From: Eledone cirrhosa
Taxonomy: Eukaryota
Length of the DNA: 64,000 nt
Assembly (NCBI GenBank): GCA_964016885.1
Contig: OZ024745.1
Location: 95,790,001-95,854,000, forward strand
Direction: 5' to 3'
A program made the translations under genes and the position numbers. Positions 1-13,589 of the stretch are shown here, in pieces; positions within the stretch are counted from its first letter, which is position 1; each line of letters begins with the position of its first letter. Below the pieces are notes generated by a model. The model was not told the origin of the DNA. It was given only the letters and a program-made list of their open reading frames with translations, and searched no databases.

Positions 1-39
1 ATTCATAACTGCTAGGTCAATGAAATTATATAAAATAAG

Positions 40-510
40 CATTAGAAGTCGATGGAAGCTGTGGAGTGGGGGGACCCAAGAAGACCTGGGATGAAGTGAT
101 AAAAGCCAACCTTACTCAATTGCTCCTCTCAAGGGCGATGACACACGACCGTGACCTCTGGCATCACGCAGTAATACAGAAGACCCGACTTCCCATAAGA
201 ACAACCCAAAGCTGAAGCATATAGACAATATGGCCCCACACCCTCCCACTGCAAAGTGGTCATAGAGGTGCCACAGCAAAAAAGCACCCAGCCCACACTG
301 TAAAGTGGACATGTAGGCGCCATGGAAAAAAAGCACCCAGCACTCACTGTAAATGAGATTGGTGTTAGGAAGGGCATCCAGCTGAAGAAATCAAGCCAGA
401 ATCAGTTCCCTTATGAGCAAGACAAGGACAGCTGACTGGACACTGCCCATAACAGGACAACCCATCTAACCCATGCTAGCATGGAAGAACGGACGTAAAA
501 CAGTGATGAT
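40..510 (+). mobile_element. RTE LINE family A, 3' end (ORF tail + 3'UTR + (GAT)n tail)
   Basis: Near-identical to 33139-33610; encodes ALEVDGSCGVGGPKKTWDEVIKANL; ends in CCATGCTAGCATGG hairpin and GATGATG. Confidence 0.9.
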
Positions 511-662
511 GTATGTATTCTATTCAGCAAGAAATACAACATAAAACTTGCAGTGGAGTTAAACTTGTAACATATGAGTAGATAGCTCAATTACTCACCT
601 ACTCAAACAGTTTATCTCTAGCATTTTATAAATCATTACAATAAGCATTATATGCATTATAC

Positions 663-853
663 GGCAGTGGATTGGCAGTATTGGTAGAGCATCAGATACC
701 ATGCTTAGCAACATGGAGTTGTGGCCCTTTAAGTTCTGAGTTCAAATCCGGCCGAGGTTAACTTTGCCTTTCATCCTTACAGGGTCGATAAAATAAAGTA
801 CCAGTAATGCACTGGGATAATTGCTGGCCTTGTGCCAAAAGTAGAAACAATTA
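663..853 (+). mobile_element. tRNA-derived SINE with Meta-like central domain
   Basis: A-box-like TGGCAGTATTGG, B-box GAGTTCAAATCC, GCCTTTCATCCTTACAGGGTCGATAAAATAAAGTACC core; more than 12 homologues in window. Confidence 0.85.
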
Positions 854-3831
854 TATGCAACAATTTTTTAGTTTTTAATTCCTAAATAATTAAATCCAGA
901 TAAAAAAAAATAGCTATTAAGTTAAAGTTACCAGCTAAAAATGGGCATGCTTATTGAGGAAGAAAATCCATGTGTGTTCAGAGTTTTGTGACGAAACAAA
1001 GCAGAAGAAATTTTGAAATACTTCCAAAATGTATTTTGAAAATTCCTCCTTAAAATTTCGTAGAAAAAAAAAAATTTTTTATTTAAATGTTTTATATGTC
1101 AGATACTGAATATATATCATTGTGCTTAATTACTTTTATTTGCAAATATTTTTCTATATTATTTTACCTGTTTATTTTAGAAATCAGCTTTTAAGTTGAT
1201 TCTTCTTCAAAGATACTTTAAGGTAATAATAAAATGGAATATTCACAACATATAATCAAATATTTGAAATCATGAATAAAAAATAAAATGTTAGCTATCA
1301 CAGATACTAATTTTCATACAGGATATTTCATTTTTTTAAAATGATCTTATCAATAGAACCCCCCCCCCCCTAAAACACATTAAAGGGGGGAAGTAATCAC
1401 ATGGTAATAAACAAGAAATAAAAATCAAATTTTAATCATTTTGGAATTATTCTAGAAAATGTAAATATTCAAATAATATCAATATCTGTGTACAAAACAC
1501 TAATCTTATGTCTGCAACTATAAAAATTTAAGCATAAAATTTCAATATATGGAGCCTGGCTATATTTAATTTCTAAATCAATTTACCAATAGAGTTTCAC
1601 CTTATTAGTGTTTAGGCTTCATAAAACACAACAGATAGAAGCATATGGTACAATATTATGTTACATAATGAGGTAAGAGAGTTTTATATGATGTTGAGAA
1701 GGGAGTCATTGATCCCAATCTACAAAAAGCAAATTATTGATTTTTTTTTTTATACATCATTCATAAAAGACTGGTAATATTGATTTCTATTAACTGGGTA
1801 CAAAGAACTGATTATACACAGAAAAAAAATTGCATGATCTAGTGATATACATGCATTTCCTAAAGTCATTACCAATAGAATTGGTGTAAAATCTCTTCCG
1901 TCATGAATCAAAAGAAGAATGTGAATAAAACTTGCTGGGAAATTACTTTTTCCTCAGTAGCTTTTGCCGTAAAATAATATTGGATTAGTATTTAAGCAAA
2001 TGGCATTTAGGTGAAACGAATGAAATTGTATAATGTCCCTGCCTTTCTCAAAGGTCTAAGTGAAGTGGATTTGCTCTTCTGTGACCTCACCACTTATTTC
2101 AATACTGCTTGCCATTCTTCTGTAATATTAGTTTCTTTCTTAGGCCCACAAGGCGATTTTGTAGGAAGAATATTGTAGAAGTATTTATTTTATCAAAGTG
2201 TAGATAGTGAAAAGCAATACTAAATACTGCAGGGTTTAAAATTAGAACATACAGGAAGGGAAATGAGTACTGTAATATAATATAGTCCAGTGCTCTACCA
2301 TTTGTTTTTTTTTACAAATTTTTCCCTTACCATTGATGGTGGTTTTATTAAAAAAAATTAATAAAGTAGAAGTAAGCTCAGAGTGAGCTGAGCCCACAAC
2401 ACTGTTTAAATTGCCAATTGAAATGCCCTTGATAATGATACAGATGTCAGATTTTATACATCAACTATAAATCCAAAACCTTGTGACTTTCCAAAAAAAA
2501 TCAATATTAATAAAACTATTCCAAAAATAATTTATCAGATTCTGTTCAAATCTAACATCCAAATTCTTCTCAGCAGACAACTTACTGTTTTTAAATGGAA
2601 ATTAGATGTTTAAGTTCTAAATCTTATCATTGCATACCTCCAATGAATGTTATCTAATATTTAATCAAGAAAAGCTAACTAGAAATATTCAACAATTACA
2701 ACATTTAGATTTCGATCTTTATTTATCTTTCAATCATTTTTCATATGTAGGAAAGAAGGCAGAACACATTAGCTTTTTACAAATTTTGAAATTTGCTTAT
2801 CGTTAAAGAATTGTTTTTTACTGCTAAATGCTCTTCTGAATACTAATCCCTGAGCTGTGAGTAGACATTGTACTGATTTCTTAGCCAGACAAAGTGAGGT
2901 TAGCAGTTACGTGCTTTGTTAAGTATTATTAAATCTCCCAGCCATGTAGTCAGTCATCCAGTACTTTAACCTTATTGACATTGTTGTGCCTTTGCAGTCC
3001 ATGCACAAATAAAATATTTTCTCAGAGTGCAACAATTACAATGTAAATGTAAACAAAAAGAAAAACACAACAGAATTTGAGACTAGATCAAAAACATTAC
3101 AATAACGTGAACATATATTTTTATACACAACCCTACACAATCATATTTAATATTTACAAACACTTGCACACATTTGAAAATACAATGATTTAATTCAATT
3201 ACATGTTCTAACCACACTTGGATGAATAAAAGAATATACACTGTTTAGAAGGACATTTTGTTGGGGGATGCACAGTTATCATAAAGGAGAGAGATTCATT
3301 TGCATTTTTCAGTAGTGTTTTCAGAACATTGAACATCCTTGTATTATCACTTTACAACTGACAATAAGCAGTGAACATAGGATTATATCAGCAAACATCA
3401 TGAGATTAGTATATAGTAGAACATAAATCAGAGTGATTATGCAAGATAGGATTAAAAGTGAAAGCGATAGCAAATAGGATTATTTACAACTCAATGAATG
3501 CACTATTTAAAAGCTAGAATAACAAATGACAGAATTACACACAAAATATGAATATCATCTATTTTACATTTTACTGAACTTGCAAGTATATTGAAAACCT
3601 ATTTCTGCTTTATTTATCTTCAAATATAAATACCTCTATACAAGCATTTAACCTGCTAGGAATAGCAACCAAATCTCCCTCAAATCATACACTACTGCCT
3701 TAAAAAGGGAAAGATATACTACAAAATGAAGTGAATAATAACCAAAGATGGGTTGGTCATGGCTGGAATAATTTCTTATGTCTGTTCAATGAAGGCTTAC
3801 CTGAAGCTAAATAAATATTATAAACATATAC

Positions 3832-3882
3832 AAGAAGAAGAAGAAGAAGAAGAAGAAGAAGAAGAAGAAGAAGAAGAAGAAG
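3832..3882. repeat. (GAA)n microsatellite
   Basis: Pure GAA run; explains the poly-E ORF. Confidence 0.95.
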
Positions 3883-5069
3883 ATCTCAGCAATGGACATT
3901 CAGTTGTTCAATCAATTGAATTCTTACCCATAAAAGTAAGGCTCCTGTATTCTGCATCTGAATCAACATGACACAATGTGACAAAGCTGGACCTTTGTAT
4001 TACAAGTACAATCCAGAAAGGGGGAAGGAATAATCAAGACCAGTATTCAGTACCAGGTTTAGAACAAATGAGGCCGGTGCTAGTTAAGTTATGAGGCCCC
4101 TTACTTGGGCCCTGAAGGAGGTAAAAAAGAATTTTCAGCAGGAAGATGGGCCCCCAGACCAATGGGGCCATGTGCTTAAGCACAATGGTAAATCCAGCAC
4201 AGCCAGCAATGGACTGGTACTTTATTTATCGATCCCAAAAGGATAAAAGGCCAGAACAAAGACTGCAAGGCATTCTATCTAGAGCTCTAACAATTCTACC
4301 AATTCATTGCCTTCTTATACTTAGTACAGTTTCTTTTTTAAAAAGCTTGCCCTTCTCTCCATATTTCATGAGGTAAAGGTATATAACCCAAGTTGAAATT
4401 TATCATACCAAGAGAATTAAGATGTGAAGTTAATTTTGGTATGGTTTAAACTTGAAAATAAGAAGGATGAAACTAAAGATTGCAATATATTTAGTTTTGT
4501 GTTGCACTATCTTATATACTCATCGCAGAGTACACTTAGTGTTGTTAGCATTAGTGTGTTACATATATTTTGTTTAATTTATTTTTTATATTCTAACATG
4601 ACTGTTATCCTTTCTTCTGATATCAAAATAACTGCTATGTATTTTACTCTGAAAGAAAGAACAGAGCTCTAAAAATAAAACCAAACTTTTATCTCAGTGC
4701 ATACAATTTTATCAAATGACTTTTCTTCCATTTTAGACAGAGCATCTACTACACTTAAATTCACATTACATCCTGATTGTATAGCCCCAGGACAGATCTC
4801 TTTCTTTGTATATGGAAGCCTCCAATCACCTACACTTTACAATCAGTGCCTCAGCTCCACCTCATCATTGAGTTGTATTGTTCATTTGTATCTTCAACTG
4901 ATAATTCAACAATCTGTGCTTCTCCTCATATTTCTTCCATCCTTAATCCCACCTTATGCACCTCTTGTTATCACATCTCCCACCTTTATACAGCTGCTCA
5001 GTGTACTAGAAATAGCAGTTGGTCTCGCTAAATTTACACCAGGAAGGAAGCAGGTGTATCCAGGATAAT

Positions 5070-5268
5070 GTTTACTATTATATTATTGTGGTAAAAGATT
5101 TATCTCACTTAATATTTCACATAATATCGAATCTATGAGATTTTGATATTATTTATTTTGAGAACAATACCTTAACATTAATATGAGCAACCAGTTGCGA
5201 CCAGTTTGAACAGAAAGAGGTGAGAGAATTCTGGCCAGATACGGCTGGTTTGAATGCTAAAGGGTTAA
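5070..5268 (+). mobile_element. piggyBac-type MITE, 5'-truncated copy
   Basis: Ends AATGCTAAAGGG-TTAA; internal homology to 10182-10395. Confidence 0.7.
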
Positions 5269-6320
5269 GGAAACATGGAAGGCTTACTAATAGACTGCCT
5301 TTGATCATAATTCTCATCAATCAAGGCTAATCTGGGACTAAACAATAACAACAACCTCTTTGAACTCAGAATGGCAAAGGCCATAACGCTATGCGTCAAA
5401 GCATGGCGTCCAACCCTTTACCGATACTGCCAATCCACTGTGATGGGAAAGGTAGTGATGATGTCAATGATACTTTATAACACGGACAATTTTGAAGACA
5501 ATTTATTAAATTTAATTGATCCTAATAGTGGAGTGGTGCTCATTTTTTTCACCTCAGAATGATGAAATCCAAAGTTGACCCTGGCATGATATGATCTAAA
5601 ACACCCTACGAGAATATCAGTACCAATCTAGGCTGGTGAATTAGTAGAATTGTTTGAGTGTTGGACATGATTGGTATCAATCTCTTTTTAGCCCTTTGCA
5701 TTCCGAGTTCATCTGCGATGCCACTGGGGCCAAGTTACATTGGCCTTTGCCTTTGCCTTTGACATGACTTTAGACTTTAGAGACTTTACTACTCTTATCT
5801 CAATCATAGGCTCTCTTCAATCATAGCTGACCTCATGTTTGCACCTGGAAAATTCCTCTCCAACTTGCAGACTAGGACAATTATTTTAGTGGACAACCAG
5901 CAGTCCTGCATGCATTCAAGTCTCCCCTCTCTACGTCACCCTTGTCAAAGGGCAATGCAACATGGCCCCAGTGGCATCGCAGGTGAACTCAGAATACAAG
6001 GGCTAAAAGAGATTGATACCATTCATGTCCAACACTCAAACAATTCTACTAATCTACCAGCCTAGACTGGTACTTTGATTATCAATCCTGAAAGGACGAA
6101 AAGCAAAGTTGACCTTAGCCAGAATTGAGCTAAGACTGTAGAGTACAAGAACAAATACCATAAATCATTTTAATTAACTTTCAATCAAATATCAAAAGAT
6201 GATAGATTTTAAAGAATGTCATAGAATTTCAACTAATAACAAACTTAATGCAAAAGAAAGTGGAAGAAAATAAACACTAAAAACTTCAATCCAAAATCAC
6301 AATTAAAATTTTTACTTAAA

Positions 6321-6628
6321 ATAATTGTTTCTACTTTTTGGCACAAGGTCAGCAATTACTCAGTGTATTACTGGTACTTTATTTTATCGACCCCGTAAGG
6401 ATGAAAGGCAAAGTTAACCTCGGCGGGATTTTTACTTAACATAATTGTTTCTACTTTAGGCACAAGGCCAGCAATTATCCAGTGCATTACTGGTACTTTA
6501 TTTTATCGACCCCGTAAGGATGAAAGGCAAAGTCAACCTCGGCGGGATTTGAACTCAGATCGTAAAGGGACATAACTATGCTGGAAAGCATGGCGTCCGA
6601 CCCTCTAGCGATACTGCCAATCCACCGC
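6321..6628 (-). mobile_element. Two tandem Meta-like SINE copies (one truncated, one full)
   Basis: Reverse complement of 663-853 family; TTTTACTTAA(A/C)ATA occurs three times at the junctions. Confidence 0.85.
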
Positions 6629-6774
6629 TTTTACTTAACATATTATCAGATCAGGGTAACAAAACACTAACAGAGAACATAGAACTAGAAATAATATAGT
6701 GGAAGAGACTAAATATAATCAACTAGATGTATATGCAAGATAGCTTCAATAGTGACATTAGGTGATAATAATAA

Positions 6775-6955
6775 TAATTGTTTCTACTTTAGGCACAAGG
6801 CCAGCAACTACCCAGTGCCTCACTGGTACTTTATTTTATCGACCCCGTAAGGATGAAAGGCAAAGTCAACCTCGGCGGGATTTGAACTCAGATCGTAAAG
6901 GGACATAACTATGCTAGAAAGCATGGCGTCCGACCCTCTACCGATACTACCAATC
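6775..6955 (-). mobile_element. Meta-like SINE
   Basis: Nearly identical to 6442-6628. Confidence 0.85.
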
Positions 6956-7091
6956 TATGATTTATAATATAGGCCCAAGGCCAGCAATTTTGAGGGAAAG
7001 GGAAATTTGATTAAATCGAAAGAAAGACAAGGGTAATAAGTCTTGAGATTTTGACATTAGAAATTACATTTTGATCCTTAGATTATGGAAT

Positions 7092-7146
<55 letters not shown>

Positions 7147-7159
7147 CATACATATATAT

Positions 7160-7232
7160 AAATTATTTCTACAGGACTAGAACTGTTTCATTTGTATAAC
7201 ATCATCAGTATGATTTCATACAAATGAAACCA
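7160..7232 (-). mobile_element. PLE-like fold-back fragment with partial hammerhead
   Basis: Minus strand CUGAUGA...GAAACAG-UUCUAGUC-CUGUA; same family as 50020-50221; short inverted arm; beside (TA)n. Confidence 0.6.
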
Positions 7233-8118
7233 TTTTAGCAATTCCAATGATATAAAGAGCAAAACGAATCACTCAAGAATATATGTGAATGCCATTAAAT
7301 GTTAGAAACAAGGCTGTAACAGATATGATATTCGTGTAATGCACAGAAAATGATGACGACTGTCCTATTTTTAATCCCAGAAATACATTAACAATTTCTA
7401 AATAAATACTGCCAGCCATCAATTAAAAGATGAAAATATAATTAAATTATTAGATTTGAATAACATTAGATTGAAATGGAGGGTCATTATAGCAAAATCA
7501 AATTGAAGGGTCAAAAGATTTTGAAATGGAAAAAAAAAATGATTGAAAGATTAATTAACAAATTAAAATGGCCTATAATAATGTAATTTCCTCAAGAAAA
7601 AAAATGATAGCAAAATCAAGAACCAGAAAAGGAAAGAAAAGTAGGTGAGAGGTTTTTTTATTCTTTTTAGTTTTAGGAAAAGTTCACGAAAAAATACATT
7701 GAAAAAAGTAGAGGAAATTTTCAAATAAATTCTATACTTCTGTTGATTTATTAGGTAGCATGACTAACAAATTAATAAAAAAAATAGCTGTAGACATTCA
7801 ATTAATTACAAGAATACAGAATACAGGAAAAATCTATGTAAATGTTCAGAAATATGTAATTAACACAGCAGATATACGTCTCATGCAAGATAAACAGAGA
7901 GATTATCATTTATAATATTGTCAACAAAATACTGTTTATTGACAGCATTGCTGAAGAACATCATGGAGCCATTAAATATGTTCAGTATAATTAGACTAAA
8001 CTCTGATGTTATAATAAAAACATATATTTAACCCTTGGATATAATTATGTAGACACTCACACATGCACTTATACCAGCAATCATATAACTTACATAAATA
8101 TTTCATATCAAATCAATA

Positions 8119-8530
8119 TCATCATCATCACCGTTTTACGTCCGTTCTTCCACGCTAGCATGGGTTAGACGGGTTGTCCTGTTGTGGGCAGTGTCCAGTC
8201 GGCTGACCTTGACTTGCTCATACAGGAACTGATTCTGGCTTGATTTCTACAGCTGGATGCCCTTCCTAACATCAACCTCATTTACAGTGAGTGCTGGGTG
8301 CTTTTTTTCCGTGGCGCCTACACATCCACTTTACAGTGTGGGCTGGGTGCTTTTTTGCCGTGGCACCTCCACGCCCACTTTGCAGTGGGGGGGGGGGGGG
8401 GGGCATATTGTCTATATGCTTCAGCTTCGGCTTGTTCCTGTGGGAAGTCAGGTCTTCTATATTACTGTGTGACGCCAGAGGTCACGGTCGTGTGTCATTG
8501 CCCTTGAGAGGTGCAATCGTGTAAGGTCGG
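8119..8530 (-). mobile_element. RTE family A 3' end
   Basis: Reverse complement of the 33200-33610 region. Confidence 0.9.
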
Positions 8531-8548
8531 TATATACATATATATATA

Positions 8549-8739
8549 TAGGAAAACCCCAATGGCTGAGCTTCGGCCATTTTGACAGCTAGATCTGAAC
8601 AGTTTGGATCTAACTGTCAAAACAGCCAGAGGTCAGCCGTCGGGGTCCTGACTATCTTCCTATTACCCACTCTACTCTCCTAAGTATTGAGTACTCTGGT
8701 GCGTTATGGTCCACCTGGTATCTTACCACACCCTCTTCG

Positions 8740-8741
<2 letters not shown>
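8549..8741 (+). mobile_element. Fold-back PLE-like element, family P1 (copy 1 of 5)
   Basis: Degenerate palindrome followed by TTACCCACTCTAC...TATTGAGTACTCTGGTGCGTTATGG; flanked by (TA)n on both sides. Confidence 0.7.
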
Positions 8742-8779
<38 letters not shown>

Positions 8780-8848
8780 GTAGTAGAGGTGCAATTGGAT
8801 TGCGTTCATAGGCGGTATGATCTGGACGTGTGTCTACATGTGAGAACA

Positions 8849-8938
8849 CATATCTGAGGAGCTTCCGATTCCAGAGTCAGGAATGAACATAATTCAATCA
8901 TTCCTTGAGCTGATCGGTAGTGAAACACATGTAATATG
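8849..8938 (+). ncRNA. Type-I minimal hammerhead ribozyme motif (PLE-type)
   Basis: Stem I CAUAU/AUAUG, core CUGAGGA, long stem II (GCUUCCGAU...AUCGGUAGU with inner CAGGAAUGA/UCAUUCCUUG), GAAAC-ACAU-GUA; predicted cleavage after 8933. Confidence 0.75.
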
Positions 8939-9125
8939 AAATTAAATATGAATATGATGCAATACTGATTCTTTGTCCCCTATTTATTATTATTATTGTG
9001 GCCAATAAACGAAATCATTATTATATATATATACGGGGTCGATAAAATAAAGTACCAGTAATGCACTGGGTAATTGCTGGCCTTGTGCCTAAAGTAGAAA
9101 CAATTATTATATATATATATAAAAC

Positions 9126-9311
9126 AAAGAAAGAATGGTAAGAAACCAGGTGGATCATAATGCACGAGAGTACTAGATACTTAGGGTAGTAGAGTGGGTA
9201 ATAGGAAAAGAGTCAGGACCCCGACGGCTGAGCTCCAGCCATTTCGACAGTTAATTATCTAGCTGTCGAAACGGCCGTAGCTCAGCAGTCGGGGTCCTGA
9301 CTCTTTTCCTA
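9126..9311 (-). mobile_element. Fold-back PLE-like element, family P1 (copy 2)
   Basis: Palindrome TAGGAAAAGAGTCAGGACCCCGAC...GTCGGGGTCCTGACTCTTTTCCTA plus unique arm; in (TA)n. Confidence 0.75.
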
Positions 9312-10181
9312 TATATATATATATATATATAAGGAATCTAAAAATAAACAAACCAAGCACCACCACCCCAATACCACAACCACCAATAAGAAATACCTCC
9401 AAATCCTCTTACACTACCTTTAAACACTATATAACACTCCCTTTTTCTTAATAATATATTGGCCCAAAAATTCCTATCGGTTTTTGTGTAATGCATTTTC
9501 TGTTATGTTTTATGAGGTTTTGTATGTTAGTATTTGACACATATACTACACTTTATGTAAAGTTTGTGTAATAAGTGTGGTCTCTGATGTATTTGTTGTG
9601 TTATATTTATGTCTGTACTCTCCTATGGGTTGCTCTATTAATTTGTTACAATAGCCACTATAGACTGGTATTTGTTCTATACTGTTGAATTTTTTTTTAT
9701 ATATCTAGTGCTTCATTTGTAGAGGAGAATCTAAATGCTGTTTTAAGTACAGATTTTATCACAGACATTTTTTTATCTGTGTCAATATTTGCTGTCTCCA
9801 TGTAATACAGTAGAAATAAAACTCCTAGCAACACAATGATTTCATTTCTAGACATAAAGATCCAGATAACAAAGATACACCATGTTTGGTTGCAACAAAA
9901 ACATGAATAAATGCATATTCACAATTGGGGATGGAGAATATCTACAAAACTTATGATCAATGAGGTTTATAAACTTCAACTCTGACTGTTACACTTGCCA
10001 AATATGACACAACCCCACTAGCTGATTGCGTCCTTGCAATTAGGAACAACTGCAATATACTACACCACACTACAAAACAAAACTAGATAAAATAGTATAT
10101 CTATACTCTAAAGAATTCTCCACAAAAATAGTTGATTAATGATGGAAGCAATACTCAAAACACAGCAGAATACTAAATTAA

Positions 10182-10395
10182 CCCTTTAGCATTAACATTA
10201 TTCTATATTTACCATTATATTTTCAGAGTAAAGGCCTTATCTTATATAATTTATCTTGCATAATATCGAATGTACAAGATTTTGATGTTATTTATTTTGG
10301 GAACAATACCTTAATGTGTGGCTAGTTACAGCTGGTTTGAAAAGAAAGAGGTGAGAGAGTTCTAGCCAGATACAGCCAGTTTAAATGCTAAAGGG
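10182..10395 (+). mobile_element. piggyBac-type MITE
   Basis: TTAA target duplication (10178-10181, 10396-10399) and TIRs CCCTTTAGCATT / AATGCTAAAGGG. Confidence 0.85.
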
Positions 10396-11050
10396 TTAAC
10401 ACACACATAAAACATACAACTGTCACAAACAAAATCAAATACCTGAATAATGGATATATAAATCTAACAGTCAAAATTCAAATTCCACTGATAATATTTT
10501 TACCAATTACATTAGTTCTTCCTACTATAAAGAGGTCACAACACATGCCAATATACTAATATACTAATATCATTTCATTCTGAAGATACGACTATGAAGG
10601 ACTTCAAATCTTGATAAGGGATTTAAAAACTTTACAGTTTCAAAGAAACTCATACAAAAGTATGAAAATATCTTGCGTAAAAAAAAATCAAATACAGTCG
10701 TGTTTTCAATATAGTTCTAAAATCCAAGCTATTTTCTCTATATACTAATAAATATACATATATTGTACACACAGGTGTTAATATATGTTCAGTAAACATA
10801 TATTTACTCTTCAGCCACTGATGTATACAGTATTCTTAATTTGGGGTAACTGTATATAGACAATCATATGGTATACCTGTTGATACAGGTCCAGCCCCTG
10901 CTTTCCCGGGTCCTGTTTCTGATCATAATGATCTCTAGGGATACGGGAATCAGTAGACAGGGCCTGGGGGCCACGATGGGGGACAGGGAATTCTGGGGCA
11001 TGAGAGTGAGATCCATCATCTCGACAGTAGTCGAAGAATGATGATGATGA

Positions 11051-11344
11051 TATAGACAATATGCCCCCACCCCCTCCCACTGCAAAGTGGTCGTGGAGGT
11101 GCCACGGCAAAAAAGCACCCAGCCCACACTGTAAAGTGGACGTGTAGGCGCCATGGAAAAAAGCACACATCACTCACTGTAAATGAGGTTGGTGTTAGGA
11201 AGGGCATCCAGCTGTAGAAATCAAGCCAGAATCAGTTCCTGTATGAGCAAGACAAGGTCAGCCGACTGGACACTGCCCACAACAGGACAACTCATCTAAC
11301 CCATGCTAGCATGGAAGAACAGACGTAAAACAGTGATGATGATG
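11051..11344 (+). mobile_element. RTE family A 3'UTR fragment
   Basis: Matches 33312-33605. Confidence 0.85.
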
Positions 11345-12197
11345 TATACAACTCTTTGCATACTGGTGATTAATTCTAGTCATCATACACATATACATAC
11401 AAATATATAAATCAAAAATCAAACTCACATCGGATAGCAAAGATACAACACAACTACCTCACCTCACTGGTCCCACTCCCTTTAACATCATACTGAAATA
11501 CATCAATACATCAAGTTCCCTGGACAAATTTCCACAAGAAATTCCAGATAAACCCCCTACACTCGAATATGTCTCCGCAAGCAATAACTCTTTACGAAAG
11601 TGGGCCACAGTGTTCAAAACATGACTAGGTTATGAACCCATTATCTGAAAGACTTCACCAGGTGGTGCTATTAAGTTAGACAGCCTAGACCAACACTGGC
11701 TGAAAGTTATCAAAGTTAAGTTTATACATATGCACATGCACACACACATTCACCCACACACAAACATGCACCCATTCAAAATCCTAATGTACATGAAATT
11801 AAAGTTTTGAACTACTAACAGCATAGTCATGAATTTATATCATTTGTTTGAAATTACAAACAGAAATGTTATGGCTGTCAAAATTCAACACATACACACA
11901 TATATCACTATTACTTAATTACATAAATATTTCACAAATATATAGAATCAAAATGAAAGGGAATATTAATTTAACACTAAGTGTATCAATCAGTCAGACA
12001 CCACATAAGGTGTCAGAGCCTCACTCTAATACTTTTTGAGGCAAGCCAACACACTGGCAGTATTAACCCAGGTGATAGCGAGGCTAAGGCCCTCGAACAA
12101 CTAAGCACCCTCATGGGCATACCCTTTTAAGGCGAGCTGCCAACAATGATAAAAAGCTTTTTATGGATATTTTATAGTAAAACTGTTCAAAACATAC

Positions 12198-12360
12198 ACA
12201 TTTGGTTGCCTTTTGTATGCCAAATAAATTCCAATATTGTTTTACACTTAGTAGCTAGCAGGAGATAGAAAGCAAAACTGTCAGTCCAAATGTAAAAACA
12301 AATGCTCCAATAATATTCAAAGACTGAATTTTGCAAAGCAATCCCATCCATGAAAAATGT
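12198..12360 (-). other. Candidate host-gene exon (163 nt)
   Basis: Non-repetitive; acceptor TTCTTTTGCAG, donor GTATGT; frame 0 open throughout (TFFMDGIALQNSVFEYYW...GNQM). No recognisable homology. Confidence 0.4.
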
Positions 12361-13330
12361 CTGCAAAAGAATGGCTAAACTAAAATCAGTTAAGTAAGCC
12401 TTCAAATTAAGATACATATGTGTGTGTGTGTAGAAAGAATGTTTACAGTTGGATAACCCTTTCATTGGCAACCATTCAACCATAAGATGGCATGATACCT
12501 ATTTACCATGTTAACAGACTAAGAAAAAGACTCACAATCTCTAGTTAAAAGTTAACAGATTGAGAAAAAAGCTAACTAACAATGCTTTACTATTAGCACA
12601 TTGCAATTAATATAGGGCAAATTTATTATTGATATTTATTACTATTTAGACATATCTATACACAAGTAAAATTATTATCTGTCTATTAATGGAGTTATAT
12701 TTATGAAGGTTTTGACCATTGCTATTATGATTACTGTCAGCCATTCCCCCCAAGCAATAAATCCATTTTTTTTATGAGTCCTATTCACAACTATCAAACA
12801 AAGTGTCTATAAAGTGTGAAAGCCAAGTACACGATTCTGGTACAATGAACAAGTATGAGAACTAGTTTAGGAACAAGTAGTTTTTTTATGTTGTTTTTTT
12901 TCCCTCCTTTTATCAGGGAACAAAAATACTTCTTCCTGTCATATTTAACTCATACAAAACTCTCTTTGCAGTGTAGAAAGAAATAAGAAAGAAAAAATGA
13001 GACATACAAACAAGATTTGTACATGTCCATTCAACTTAATAAAATGAAAATTGAGTGCAATGAGAATGTATCGGTGTTAATTCAACATTCTGATTTTTAA
13101 GAAAATATATTTCAACAAGTAAAAAGAGGAAACACATTATATTAAAAGGATTTATCAGGATCAGAGTGAATTAAAATACACACACATTATATATATATAT
13201 ATATATATGAATTAAGAGTGAATTAAAATACACACACATAATATATATATATACATATATATATATACATATATATATACATACATATATACATACATAT
13301 ACATATACATACATATATACATACATATAC

Positions 13331-13365
<35 letters not shown>

Positions 13366-13369
<4 letters not shown>

Positions 13370-13557
13370 AAAAAGTATGACCCCGACGGCAGAGCTCAAG
13401 TCGTTTCGACAGCTATTTCTGGACAGAATAGCCGTCGAAACGACTTGAGCTCTGCCGTCGGGGTCATACTTTTTCCTATTTCCCACTCTACTACCCTAAG
13501 TATTGAGTACTCTGGTGCGTTATGATCCATCAGGTTCCTTACCACAATTCCTTTGTT
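13366..13557 (+). mobile_element. Fold-back PLE-like element, family P1 (copy 3)
   Basis: Palindrome 13366-13478 containing GAAACGAC-TTGAGCTCT-GCCGTC-GGGGTC (hammerhead 3' half), then TATTGAGTACTC tail; in (TA)n. Confidence 0.75.
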
Positions 13558-13589
13558 ATATATATATATATATAAATATACATACATAT

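Noticed and set aside
112-377. Recurring [20 protein letters not shown] family (also 8257, 10811, 13603, 33211, 52679, 54990)
   Set aside because: Antisense reading of the SINE/RTE 3'UTR; frames are not conserved between copies.
1181-1222. Possible 42-nt plus-strand micro-exon (KSAFKLILLQRYFK)
   Set aside because: Splice-like signals are common in AT-rich DNA; no partner exons or homology.
3753-3971. Poly-glutamate ORF
   Set aside because: (GAA)n microsatellite between repeat fragments.
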